A stretch of 64,000 bases of DNA from Minisyncoccia bacterium (GCA_038249055.1 JBBRWS010000006.1:927-64926); one strand, 5' to 3'. Numbered from the stretch's first letter, positions 9,895 through 19,172 are shown. A program made the numbers and translations. Notes: a model not told the origin generated them from the sequence alone.

Positions 9895-10293
9895 TTATCT
9901 ATTTATAAAAGTGATAGTTAGTTGTAATATAGTGGCAAACATAACCCAAAGAAGATAAGGAATATTCACAAGTGCTACCCATTTAATGTGGGGATAAATC
10001 ACAATCAACGCCCAAACAAGAGTGACCAAAACAAGTATTATATCTATCGCTGCTAAAATATTACTCTTGAGACCAAACTGAAAATAAGTAAAAGAGAGAT
10101 TAAAAATAAGATTAAGTATAAATGGTATCGCAATAATAAAAGGTAATTGTTTATTAAATACCTTGTAAAAAACAGAACCGAAAGAAATAAAAATAATAAT
10201 ATAAAGAACACTCCAAACGGGACCAAAAATCCATGAAGGTGGTGCCCATGTTGGTTTTATAAGCTGGCTATACCAGGTCGATGAATTATTCAT
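9895..10293 (-). CDS. TspO/MBR family tryptophan-rich membrane protein
   Basis: 132 aa. LIKPTWAPPSWIFGPVWSVLY matches the TspO N-terminal signature. Multi-pass and Trp-rich. Confidence 0.6.
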   Translation of the reverse strand: MNNSSTWYSQLIKPTWAPPSWIFGPVWSVLYIIIFISFGSVFYKVFNKQLPFIIAIPFILNLIFNLSFTYFQFGLKSNILAAIDIILVLVTLVWALIVIYPHIKWVALVNIPYLLWVMFATILQLTITFINR

Positions 10294-10387
10294 AATTTTA
10301 TTATATCATGCAAAATTAAATTATTGCTAAATATTAGAGAGAAGAATACAATTAACTCAAAAGAGGAAACAATTTAAAACAAAAGAA

Positions 10388-10678
10388 ATGAGTGACGGGA
10401 TCATAATTTCTTCAAAAGGTATAAACGGCTCTACTACCTATTTTGGGCTAACAATTAATGGGAATAGACCTCTTCTTAGTAATTTATGTTTACAAAAATT
10501 TTCTGAATCTATAGTCAGATCATATCCTGAATATTCAGAAAAAATTTTTAAATTTTATGAAAGTGGTTTTGCTGGATATTTTCCAAAAGAAATCAATATG
10601 TCCAATCTTGGCCCTAACCCAAAAGCCGAGTTAATTGAGGCTATTTCAGAAAATTTTAGAAAATTAAATAAAATATAA
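10388..10678 (+). CDS. Hypothetical protein
   Basis: 96 aa ORF followed by a clear terminator. No recognisable motif. Confidence 0.35.
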   Translation: MSDGIIISSKGINGSTTYFGLTINGNRPLLSNLCLQKFSESIVRSYPEYSEKIFKFYESGFAGYFPKEINMSNLGPNPKAELIEAISENFRKLNKI

Positions 10679-10680
10679 AC

Positions 10681-10712
10681 AAAAAAAAGATAACGTGAGT
10701 TATCTTTTTTTA
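10681..10712. terminator. Rho-independent terminator (bidirectional)
   Basis: aaaaaaaagataacgtgagttatctttttttat. Palindrome with A-run and T-run on either side. Confidence 0.7.
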
Positions 10713-10739
10713 TATTAATTAAAATTTTATTTCTAAAAA

Positions 10740-11177
10740 TTATTTAAGAAAAATCCATTTCTTTTTTAATTTCTTTGCTTCATTTATTAAAATTTCTTTA
10801 TCAATGTTATACTTTTCCGCGATAACTTTCAATTTTTCAATTTTCTTTGGATTACGCACTTCTCTTAATTCTAATTTTTTATCTATCCTTTTACCTAAAA
10901 TATAATAAAATCTCCATCTGAGTGTATATTTTGGAAACATATAAACAATACCTATTAGAAAATATAATTTATGTATAGGAAATTTTAAATTTTTATGACC
11001 AGACCAACGAGCACGAGTATAAGTATAAACAATATCAGATATCTCACTCCATGTATCAATTACCCCCTTGGCTTCTTTTAATTCATTAAATTCATCTAGA
11101 ATATCTTGTTCATGCCAAGCTAAATCATTTTTAGGCATATCTAAATAAGAATGCCATTTATTAATTAATTTTTCCAT
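10740..11177 (-). CDS. Hypothetical protein
   Basis: 145 aa ORF, basic C-terminus. No motif recognised. Confidence 0.35.
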   Translation of the reverse strand: MEKLINKWHSYLDMPKNDLAWHEQDILDEFNELKEAKGVIDTWSEISDIVYTYTRARWSGHKNLKFPIHKLYFLIGIVYMFPKYTLRWRFYYILGKRIDKKLELREVRNPKKIEKLKVIAEKYNIDKEILINEAKKLKKKWIFLK

Positions 11178-11193
11178 TTTTTGTTAATTTAAT

Positions 11194-12027
11194 TTATAAA
11201 ACTAAAAGGACTAGTCCTAGTATTATTAAAAGAAAAGATATTATTTTAATTGCTAAATGTTTTTCATTGAAAAGCTTATTACCAGAAACAATAGACCACA
11301 ATATAGAAAACGCTCTCTTACCACTCGTGACAACAGAAGCTGGTGCGTATAGATAAGCCTTACTTACAAAAACACCTCCAATTCCCATTAAAATTGATTG
11401 GGCAAAAAATTCTTTTTTAAAAACATATGTAAGTGGATTTTCTTTATATTTCCAAATAGACATTATGAATAAAAAAATAAGTAAGAAAAATGAAGTGATT
11501 ATTTGTTGAGCTTCTACAGAATTATAATAAGTAATACAATATTTATAAATGGTTATAGTGGCGACAGCATTGGTAGCACTAAAAATTACATAACCAATCC
11601 CCTTTTTATTAATACCATGATTAATAAAAAGAAATATAAGGCTTACTACAATCACAAAAATTCCAACTACAGCCCAAATTCCTATCTTATACCCCAATAA
11701 AATATCAACAACAAGTAAAAGAGGGATTGTTATAATCATCAAGAAACCGGAAGTGCTACGGTCGGCTAGAGCAATAGCATTCAAAGATGAATACAATTGT
11801 GCAAATTCTAATATTATCAACACAATTAATATAGGGATTGATGTATAATTAAAAACAAAATTATTATTAATTATTGCTATTATTATAAAAATAACCATAA
11901 GCCAAAAATAATTTAAAAAGCCAAACGTATATATATTTTCCTTTTTATGTAAAATTTCCCACTTACCAAAAGATAAAGAGATTTCATCAAAAAAAGTACC
12001 GAGTGCTGCGAGAGTAATACCAATCAT
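11194..12027 (-). CDS. Polytopic membrane protein (possibly EamA/DMT-like)
   Basis: 277 aa with about 8-9 hydrophobic helices. Confidence 0.35.
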   Translation of the reverse strand: MIGITLAALGTFFDEISLSFGKWEILHKKENIYTFGFLNYFWLMVIFIIIAIINNNFVFNYTSIPILIVLIILEFAQLYSSLNAIALADRSTSGFLMIITIPLLLVVDILLGYKIGIWAVVGIFVIVVSLIFLFINHGINKKGIGYVIFSATNAVATITIYKYCITYYNSVEAQQIITSFFLLIFLFIMSIWKYKENPLTYVFKKEFFAQSILMGIGGVFVSKAYLYAPASVVTSGKRAFSILWSIVSGNKLFNEKHLAIKIISFLLIILGLVLLVL

Positions 12028-12032
12028 AAATT

Positions 12033-12296
12033 TTATTTTTTATATTTAATCCAAACTTTTTTAAAATATGAAACTGAAAGGGTTGAAAGCAAGAAACCAA
12101 TAGTAGGAACTATAGCATTTAAAAATGGTTTTTGTAATGAAGCAAAAAAGAAGAATAAAACAATCACAATGTAAGTAAGAATTGATATAAGACACTTGCG
12201 GAAAATGCTTGTTTCCCAAGCTTTATCAATTTCAACTTTATAATTCCTTTCTTTTATATCTTGTATATCTTTCTTTATCTGTTCTAGTTCATCCAC
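12033..12296 (-). CDS. Small membrane protein
   Basis: 87 aa with two hydrophobic helices. Immediately upstream of 11194..12027 on the same strand. Confidence 0.3.
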   Translation of the reverse strand: MDELEQIKKDIQDIKERNYKVEIDKAWETSIFRKCLISILTYIVIVLFFFFASLQKPFLNAIVPTIGFLLSTLSVSYFKKVWIKYKK

Positions 12297-12377
12297 GTAA
12301 GTATTATATCATCAAATGTACTTTTATTAAATTATGAGAAATTACTAAATCTACTATAAATGTGATAAATTAAGCAT

Positions 12378-13598
12378 ATGAGAGAGAAAATTCAAAATAA
12401 GTTTAATATTTCACCTAAAGCAATTATTCTTTTTACCGTGTTTTTAGACGTGCTTGGGATAGGATTAATTGTTCCAATTCTCCCTTTTTATGTAGAATCT
12501 TTTAATGTTTCTGGAATAGTTGTTACTTTATTATTTGCAGTCTTTGCATTATTTTCATTTTTTAGTTCACCAATATTAGGAATGCTATCAGATAGAATAG
12601 GAAGAAGACCAGTATTATTAGTGAGTCTTGCATCTAGTGCAATAGGTTGGATTATTTTTGCTTTTTCAAATACAATTTTTGGTCTCTTTCTAGGACGAAT
12701 TATAGACGGTTCTGCTGCTGGAAATATTTCTACAGCTCAAAATTACCTTATTGATATAGCAAAAGATAAAAAGGAGCAAACAAAAAACCTTGGATTGATT
12801 GGGGCAGTTTTTGGAGTAGGATTTATTATTGGACCACTAGTAGGAGGAACACTTTCTAGTATTAGCATGAAACTGCCTTTTATAATTGTTGGGATAATGG
12901 CAACAATAAATACCATACTCGCTTATTTCTTTTTACCAGAAACAAATCACAATAGAAATACAAACAAGATTTCTTTAAATCCTTTTTCACCTATAATAAA
13001 AGCATTTAAAAATAAAAAAGTACTCCCTCTCTATTTAGCTTGGTTATTTTTTGGTATTGCTGTTTCCCTCAATCAATCAATATTCGCTTTATATATTGCA
13101 AAAGTTTTTTCTTGGACAGTTATAACTTCAGGGTTACTAATGGCACTTACTGGATTAATAATATCTATTAATCAAGCATTTATGTTAAAAAAAGTTTGGT
13201 TAAAATATTTCAAAGAATCTTTTTTAATGATATGGATGCTTATACCTTTTGCCATCGGATATCTTATAATGGCAATGCCATTTAAATTTTCGTTTATATT
13301 AGGTTTAATTGTTACAGCTTTTGGTCATTCGATTATGAGAGTTGTTATGACAAGCCAAATAATTGGATTCTCTAATAAAAATGAACAAGGTGAAATGATG
13401 GGAATACTTGCATCAATAATGTCTCTATCAATGATATTAGGTCCATTATTAGGCGGCGCAGTATATGAAATACATCCAAACCTTCCATTTATAATAGCAG
13501 GGTTAATTTTAATTATTACTTTTATATTTGTGTATAAAACTTATAAACAGGCAAAACCGATTGATCACTTAGATGTTATTCCAGTAGAGGCACTATAA
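12378..13598 (+). CDS. MFS transporter
   Basis: 406 aa, 12 predicted TMs. MFS motif A is GMLSDRIGRRPVLL between TM2 and TM3. Confidence 0.85.
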   Translation: MREKIQNKFNISPKAIILFTVFLDVLGIGLIVPILPFYVESFNVSGIVVTLLFAVFALFSFFSSPILGMLSDRIGRRPVLLVSLASSAIGWIIFAFSNTIFGLFLGRIIDGSAAGNISTAQNYLIDIAKDKKEQTKNLGLIGAVFGVGFIIGPLVGGTLSSISMKLPFIIVGIMATINTILAYFFLPETNHNRNTNKISLNPFSPIIKAFKNKKVLPLYLAWLFFGIAVSLNQSIFALYIAKVFSWTVITSGLLMALTGLIISINQAFMLKKVWLKYFKESFLMIWMLIPFAIGYLIMAMPFKFSFILGLIVTAFGHSIMRVVMTSQIIGFSNKNEQGEMMGILASIMSLSMILGPLLGGAVYEIHPNLPFIIAGLILIITFIFVYKTYKQAKPIDHLDVIPVEAL

Positions 13599-13603
13599 AA
13601 ATT

Positions 13604-14128
13604 TTACATATTTCTACTATCATAAGCCCAGTGTAGAACTGCTTGGCGTTGAACCCTTCTACAAAGTAAATCTTTCGGTCTACAATTTTTTGTTATTTGA
13701 GCGATGTGTCTTGTAATTGCACGCCACCTTTTAATTTGCCTTTCATCTTCTTTTTCTATTCTCCTCCCCATATAATAACGACAATACCATTGAAACCATC
13801 CTCTTGGGTCATTTTCTTTATTTATCCAGTTATTTTTACGCCAAACAGAAAGAGGTTGAGATGCATTCACTCCAAAATAATTAAGTTTAGGGTTATGGAA
13901 TTCAGGTGAAATTTTAGCTTTAGTAAACCAATCTTTTGGAAATTCTTTTTCGCAATCACTCATATACTTCCCACCAAAAACTCCAAGAGCAAGCATTTGT
14001 CTAGGAGTTAGGTCTGGCCTAAAATCTTTATTAAAATTTTTACCGATAGGTTCTACAAGTTCATATTTATAACCTTTCTGCATTTTGTCATTAACTACAA
14101 CAATTTTTTTTAGAAATTTATTGGCCAT
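13604..14128 (-). CDS. Hypothetical protein (Trp/Arg-rich)
   Basis: 174 aa ORF. No family recognised. Confidence 0.35.
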   Translation of the reverse strand: MANKFLKKIVVVNDKMQKGYKYELVEPIGKNFNKDFRPDLTPRQMLALGVFGGKYMSDCEKEFPKDWFTKAKISPEFHNPKLNYFGVNASQPLSVWRKNNWINKENDPRGWFQWYCRYYMGRRIEKEDERQIKRWRAITRHIAQITKNCRPKDLLCRRVQRQAVLHWAYDSRNM

Positions 14129-14228
14129 AAATTTTTAGCGAAATTAAAATGTTCTTTTGTTAATGGTCTGGCTCCTCGTCCTCCCTCGTCCGAGGACCTT
14201 AATAAAAGAATGTTTTAATGTAGCCTTT

Positions 14229-14531
14229 TTACTTTTGCATTAAATTCATTAGCGGAGCAAGGGCCTCACGGTGCTTCATTATTTCTGCTTTGTATTTACC
14301 CATTACAAGAACTGCCGCATACTGTTCTGCTAAGCCACCTTTTTTCTTTTCTTCAATTTCTTTAGTTATTTTTTCAAAAAGCTCTTTAACTTCCTTATTG
14401 GATTCCAGAGCTTTTAAACTCTCAGCAATTTCTGGATTTTCATCGAGCTGTTTAGCAATTTGTTCTGCTTGGTCAGCAGACATACCTTTCATTTGAAGAG
14501 CTTTTTTTGTTATAAATGATTTAAATCCCAT
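14229..14531 (-). CDS. Hypothetical acidic helical protein
   Basis: 100 aa ORF. Confidence 0.3.
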   Translation of the reverse strand: MGFKSFITKKALQMKGMSADQAEQIAKQLDENPEIAESLKALESNKEVKELFEKITKEIEEKKKGGLAEQYAAVLVMGKYKAEIMKHREALAPLMNLMQK

Positions 14532-14673
14532 TCTGAATCAAATTTTTATATTATTTGTTGTATAAAAATTATAGTTATTATAGTAAATTACGATTATATA
14601 TTTGTCCGTTTATCAATAATTTTAAATAGGACAAGTAAGAAGATTATAGCAAAAAAGTTATTTTTGTGCGAAT

Positions 14674-15681
14674 ATGTATTTACTTATGATAAACAATAAA
14701 GTCATTGTAATACTGGGTCAAACATCCACCGGAAAAAGTGATTTTGCTGTAGAAATCGCTAAAAAAGTAAAAGGACTAAATCAATCTAAAAGATTGATTG
14801 CCCGAACTTCACGAAGTGAAGTTTTAGGAGAAATTATATCTGCTGATTCTAGGCAGGTATATAAAGGTATGGATTTAGGAACTGGTAAAATAACAAAAAA
14901 AGAAATGCGTGGGGTTCCTCACCATTTACTTGATGTTGTATCACCTTCAAAAATTTTCTCAGTAACTGATTTTCAAAAGAAAGCAAATAAAAAAATAAAA
15001 GAAATTACAAAAAAAGGAAAAGTTCCAATAATTTGCGGTGGCACTGGATTTTATATAGATACAGTTATAAATGGAACAATATTCCCAGAAGTTCCCCCTA
15101 ATAAGAAATTACGAGAAGAACTTTCAAAAAAAACAGCACCCCAGCTTTTTGATATTTTAAAAAAAATGGATGTTGCTCGATCGGAAAATATAGACAAAAA
15201 TAATAGTGTCCGCCTTATACGTGCTATAGAAATAGCAATATCATTAGGTAATGTTCCAAGTTTGCAGATATTAGATACCCCAAGTGGCCGTTGGAAGCCT
15301 GAAAATGTTTTGAAAATTGGACTTATTCAACAACCAGAAATTTTAAAAGAAAGAATAAAAAAACGACTACTTTCTCGAATGAAAAAAGGTATGATAAAAG
15401 AAATTAAAAAATTACACAATCAAGGTGTTTCTTGGAAACGTATGAATATGCTCGGTTTAGAATATCGATATGGAGCTCTTTACCTCCAAGATAAAATAAC
15501 CAAAGAAGAAATGATCGAAAAATTAAATACAGAAATATGGCATTTTGCTAAACGACAAAATACTTGGTTTAAAAGAGATAAAAGTATTTTATGGATAGAC
15601 CCAACAAAAAAAATAGATAAAGATGGTGCCTTCGTAGAAATTTTAAATTTTTTATCCAATCATCAGAAAGCTGGAAAATAA
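14674..15681 (+). CDS. miaA: tRNA dimethylallyltransferase MiaA
   Basis: P-loop GQTSTGKS and the substrate motif IISADSRQVYKGMDLGTGK typical of IPP transferases. The start may be the internal ATG at MINNKV. Confidence 0.85.
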   Translation: MYLLMINNKVIVILGQTSTGKSDFAVEIAKKVKGLNQSKRLIARTSRSEVLGEIISADSRQVYKGMDLGTGKITKKEMRGVPHHLLDVVSPSKIFSVTDFQKKANKKIKEITKKGKVPIICGGTGFYIDTVINGTIFPEVPPNKKLREELSKKTAPQLFDILKKMDVARSENIDKNNSVRLIRAIEIAISLGNVPSLQILDTPSGRWKPENVLKIGLIQQPEILKERIKKRLLSRMKKGMIKEIKKLHNQGVSWKRMNMLGLEYRYGALYLQDKITKEEMIEKLNTEIWHFAKRQNTWFKRDKSILWIDPTKKIDKDGAFVEILNFLSNHQKAGK

Positions 15682-15709
15682 GACCATTTTGTAGTATACT
15701 TTCCTCACA

Positions 15710-15780
15710 GGGCGATTAGTTTAGTGGTAGAACAACGGTCTCCAAAACCGTTGGTGGGGGTTCGATTCCTCCATCGCCCG
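15710..15780 (+). tRNA. tRNA-Trp (anticodon CCA)
   Basis: Manual fold. Acceptor gggcgat/atcgccc, D arm tagtttagtggtagaacaa, anticodon arm acggt-cTCCAaa-accgt, T arm gggggttcgattcctcc. CCA is not encoded. Confidence 0.85.
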
Positions 15781-15784
15781 CAAA

Positions 15785-15810
15785 TAAAAAAACAGCGTAA
15801 GCTGTTTTTT
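15785..15810 (+). terminator. Rho-independent terminator after tRNA-Trp
   Basis: aaaaaaacagcgtaagctgtttttt. It is flanked by atcgccc / gggcgat, an inverted copy of the tRNA 3' acceptor strand. Confidence 0.7.
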
Positions 15811-15960
15811 AGGGCGATAGCAAGCAAACTGCTTTGCTTGCGTGGAGGCAGGCCGACATTATGGCCTGCACTTGTCGACGGGAATCGAAAAGCTTTTCGT
15901 TTTTCGGTGTTAACCGAAACGAAAAGGTATACTGTCCTTGTAGAGGAAGATATCCTCCAT
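15811..15960 (+). other. Conserved tRNA-downstream non-coding module, copy 1 (shared with 36383-36520)
   Basis: gggcgatAGCAAGCAAACTGCTTTGCTTGCGTG...TCGAAAAGCTTTTCGTT...CGAAAAGGTATACTG aligns with the tRNA-Ala-downstream region. A partial direct copy of the tRNA-Trp 3' end (tcctccatcg) lies at 15948-15957. Confidence 0.6.
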
Positions 15961-16017
15961 CGTATAATTGTACTCGTGGCCTTCCTCCCATATCTACTTT
16001 TTTCTATTCTTTGCTAT

Positions 16018-16375
16018 AATGACCTTATCCATGTCCAACATACTTCAAATGATATTAATGCTAGCTTCTGCTCTGCTTATAATAATTGCTGATACCATAA
16101 TCAAAAAAGAGAGTCTTTCCCATGGATTTGTAAATTCTCTTTCAACTCCTTTAATGTTTGTAGCTTATATTCTTTATTTTATTCAAATAGTTATAGCTAT
16201 TTATATTTTCAGAAAGGGAGGAGAACTAGCAATCTACACAAATCTATATATTATTTTTTATTCAATTTTAGGAATTTTAACAGGCATCATAATCTTTAGC
16301 GAACATATATCTTTGGTACAATCAGTAGGAATTGTGTTTGCACTAATAGGTGCAGTGTTATTAAATTTAAAATAA
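16018..16375 (+). CDS. Small 4-TM membrane protein (SMR/DMT-like, hypothetical)
   Basis: The track ORF 15968..16375 overlaps the tRNA-downstream module. The likely start is ATG at 16018 or 16030 (MTLSMSNILQ...), just after a TATAAT box at 16014-16019. Four hydrophobic helices. Confidence 0.4.
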
Positions 16376-16379
16376 AATC

Positions 16380-16736
16380 ATGGTAAATAAAATTAAAAAA
16401 GAAACCTATTTAAAATTATTTTATATATTATCAAATATAATATTATTTGTAATATTTCTAATGGATTATATCTCTTATAAAGACACCCAAAACTTACCAT
16501 TTTTTATAATATTTTTTATATTAATTCAAATACCAATAATTAATAAACTAAAATATAAATATTATATTTTACGGGGATTATTAATTATAATATCAACAGT
16601 CTCGATTATTGCATTTTTTAGATTTATAACTTGTTCTGGATTTTTGTGTGGAGCATCAGAAATAGTAATATTGTTTTTTACAATTCCATTAATTATTTAT
16701 TATTTTATAATAATTTTATTATCTCCTAACAAATAA
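16380..16736 (+). CDS. Small membrane protein (hypothetical)
   Basis: 118 aa, three hydrophobic helices. Strong terminator immediately after. Confidence 0.35.
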   Translation: MVNKIKKETYLKLFYILSNIILFVIFLMDYISYKDTQNLPFFIIFFILIQIPIINKLKYKYYILRGLLIIISTVSIIAFFRFITCSGFLCGASEIVILFFTIPLIIYYFIIILLSPNK

Positions 16737-16765
16737 AAAATCCCCATAAGGGGATTTTTTATTTC
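16737..16765. terminator. Rho-independent terminator (bidirectional)
   Basis: aaaaaatccccataaggggatttttta. It overlaps the stop of rpmG on the minus strand. Confidence 0.7.
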
Positions 16766-16914
16766 TTTGATTCTTTAAATACAACTCTCTTTCTTAATTT
16801 TTTATCAAATTTTTTAAGTGCAATCTTCTTTGTTACAAGCTTTTTGTTCTTTGAAGTAAAGTAGGTTGTACCTGTTTCTTTGTTTATAAGTTTTATTAAT
16901 CTATCTTGTGACAT
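16759..16914 (-). CDS. rpmG: 50S ribosomal protein L33
   Basis: Manual reverse translation gives MSQDRLIKLINKETGTTYFTSKNKKLVTKKIALKKFDKKLRKRVVFKESKK (51 aa). It matches the L33 pattern (TGxxYxTxKNKK...KKFDP/K.LR.HV.FKE.K). It is absent from the ORF track because of its size. Confidence 0.8.
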   Translation of the reverse strand: MSQDRLIKLINKETGTTYFTSKNKKLVTKKIALKKFDKKLRKRVVFKESKK

Positions 16915-17031
16915 GTGTATAAGATACTATAAAACAGTTAAAATAGCAACTACCACCTCCTATTTCTAGGGCTTCCGGTCTGACCAAAGTTATATAACTA
17001 CATATACCGAAATATAAGGGTTATTACCATT

Positions 17032-18165
17032 TTAAACTATGACTTTTAGTAATAATGCACTTATTCTAGTCGTTACCTCGTAATTTATAGTATCAGAATT
17101 AAGGGCCATATCTTCAGCTGTAATCTCATTTTTTCCTTGTTTACCTAAAATAACAACTTCATCTTCTGGTAATACATCTTTGATATTAGAGACATCAACT
17201 ACTATCATATTCATTGCTACTCTTCCTAAAATTTTTGCTCTTTTACCTTTTATCAAAACTTCCCCTTTATTTGAAAGTGACCGAGGTAATCCGTCAGCAT
17301 AACCTTGTGGAATTACTGCTATCTTTGTAACTTTTTTTGTAATATAAGTAAGACCATAACCAATAGGATGATTAGCGGGTAGAATTTTTATTTGGGCCAC
17401 ATGGGTCACCCATCTTAATGCTGGCTTCAACACAAGTTTCTTTTTATTTAAATATTTTAAATGCTCGCTTGGCCACATACCATAAAGACCAAGACCTAGA
17501 CGAACAATACTATGTAAACTATTACCCTTTTCATAAACAAGAATTCCAGACGTTGCAGAAATATGAGTATTTATTTTATCAAAACCATTTGATTTAAAAA
17601 TTTCTACAAACTTATGATACATTTCTATTTGTTTTTGGGCATGAGTAAAATTCATAGTATCCTCAATATTAGCAAAATGAGAATAGATACCATCAATTTC
17701 AATGTTTTTCATTTTTTTTACCTCTACTATAAAATTCTCGATTTGGTTAGGCATTATTCCTTCTCTCCCAAGATATGAATCTATCGGAACATGAACTTTG
17801 GTTTTGATTTTTAAATTACCAGAAATAAAATTAATTTTTAAAAGATTTATTAAATCAAAAGCAGAAATTATAGCTTTTGATTTTATTGCTCTTTTTATCC
17901 CATCTTCATTTAAATAACCAAAAATTAAAATTGGTTTTTTAGTAACTTTCCTAACTTTTTCACATTCTTCTATACTATTCACCTGGAAATAATCCACATA
18001 AGAATTAATAGCTTTTACTACACATAAATCACCATGACCGTAAGCATTGGCTTTTATAACCGCCGCCATTTTTATATTTTTATTAAGTAGACCACGAAAC
18101 TGCTTGATATTATGTATCAAGTTTTCTTTTGAAATTTCTATATAAGAAAGTGATTTATTGACCAT
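17032..18165 (-). CDS. alr: Alanine racemase
   Basis: PLP-binding motif AVIKANAYGHG near the N-terminus. 377 aa, two-domain architecture length. Confidence 0.85.
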   Translation of the reverse strand: MVNKSLSYIEISKENLIHNIKQFRGLLNKNIKMAAVIKANAYGHGDLCVVKAINSYVDYFQVNSIEECEKVRKVTKKPILIFGYLNEDGIKRAIKSKAIISAFDLINLLKINFISGNLKIKTKVHVPIDSYLGREGIMPNQIENFIVEVKKMKNIEIDGIYSHFANIEDTMNFTHAQKQIEMYHKFVEIFKSNGFDKINTHISATSGILVYEKGNSLHSIVRLGLGLYGMWPSEHLKYLNKKKLVLKPALRWVTHVAQIKILPANHPIGYGLTYITKKVTKIAVIPQGYADGLPRSLSNKGEVLIKGKRAKILGRVAMNMIVVDVSNIKDVLPEDEVVILGKQGKNEITAEDMALNSDTINYEVTTRISALLLKVIV

Positions 18166-18357
18166 AATTTTTATTCTAGCATTTTAGCCAAATTTTTAAT
18201 ACACACTCTGACACCATAATAAAATGAGGATCATGAGTACATTTCTTGGTCCATATTGGACCTGTACACCTTTCGTATTTTCTAAGATTGGTAAATCATA
18301 TAAAATATACTCAAGGTTTTCAAGTCCTCTCACGCAAGCCGTACCAACGGCTTGCTT

Positions 18358-18414
18358 CCGGCACCATAATTAAAAAACCAGGACTTTGTCCTGGTTTTTT
18401 AATTATGGTGCCGG
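18358..18414. terminator. Extended palindrome/bidirectional terminator embedding the tRNA-Leu 3' end
   Basis: ccggcaccataattaaaaaacc-aggactttgtcct-ggttttttaattatggtgccgg. The arms are perfect 22-bp inverted repeats and the loop is itself palindromic. The right arm is the 3' end of tRNA-Leu. Confidence 0.8.
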
Positions 18415-18490
18415 AGAGAGGACTTGAACCTCCATCCCTTGCGAGACGCGATTTTGAGTCGCGCGCGTATACCAATTCCGCCACTCCGGC
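18406..18490 (-). tRNA. tRNA-Leu (anticodon CAA), CCA encoded
   Basis: The reverse complement reads GCCGGAGTGGCGGAATTGGTATACGCGCGCGACTCAAAATCGCGTCTCGCAAGGGATGGAGGTTCAAGTCCTCTCTCCGGCACCA. Long variable arm, anticodon loop cTCAAaa. Confidence 0.9.
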
Positions 18491-18619
18491 AATTATCTCA
18501 ACTTATCAGACAAGTATACTAAAAATTAATATAAAATCAATTAATTTATCCTTTAAAAATATGATATAATATTTCTGAAAAGTCTAGTCAATTTTTCAAT
18601 TAAAATTAAAATACAAAAA

Positions 18620-19123
18620 ATGAACAAACTTGACCCTAAGTCAATATGGCTGTTTTTCTTTAGTTTTGTTTCCAGAGGAATTATTCCTTTAATTTTTATA
18701 ACTATTTTCTTAATTAATCTATCTGAAATAGAAATGGGAATGGAAATATTTTATTCATTAAAAAAATGGTGGTGGTTTGCAATTGCAGTATATCTTTCAA
18801 TTTGTTATATTTGGGCTAATTTATCATATCGTTTTTACAAGTATGAACTTACCGAACAGGGTTTTCGCAAAGAATCTGGTATTCTATATAAAAGATATGT
18901 AACCATCCCTTATGAAAAAATTCAAAATATTGATATAAATCGTGGAATTATGACTCAAATATTGGGTCTCTCAGATTTAAACATACAAACAGCTGGCTCA
19001 AGTGCTGTTATGGGAAGAGGGGGTTTAATATCAGGTATTGGATCAGAAGGACGATTACCTGGACTATCAAAAGAAACCGCAGAAAAAATTAGAGATGAGT
19101 TAGTTAAACGCTCAAACAAATAA
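18620..19123 (+). CDS. Membrane-anchored bacterial PH-domain protein (YdbS/YdbT-like, DUF304)
   Basis: Two N-terminal TM helices followed by the bPH_2 pattern (YRFYKYELTEQGFRKESGILYKRYVTIPYEKIQNIDINRGIMTQILGLSDL). Confidence 0.55.
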   Translation: MNKLDPKSIWLFFFSFVSRGIIPLIFITIFLINLSEIEMGMEIFYSLKKWWWFAIAVYLSICYIWANLSYRFYKYELTEQGFRKESGILYKRYVTIPYEKIQNIDINRGIMTQILGLSDLNIQTAGSSAVMGRGGLISGIGSEGRLPGLSKETAEKIRDELVKRSNK

Positions 19124-19172
19124 AAAATATAAAAACAACCAGATGATTTAAATCATCTGGTTGTTTTTATAT

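Noticed and set aside
15811-15960. tmRNA (ssrA) as an explanation for the tRNA-like 5' mimic downstream of the tRNAs
   Set aside because: There is no tag-peptide reading frame ending in ...ALAA-stop, no T-arm/acceptor 3' half with CCA, and a second copy after tRNA-Ala has a different acceptor mimic.
15724-16092. 122-aa plus-strand ORF (and the overlapping 15809..15991 and 15834..16019 ORFs)
   Set aside because: It begins inside tRNA-Trp and spans the terminator and the conserved non-coding module. The real CDS starts at about 16018-16030.
18246-18569. 107-aa plus-strand ORF
   Set aside because: It overlaps tRNA-Leu (minus strand) and the 22-bp-arm palindrome. There is no coding signal.
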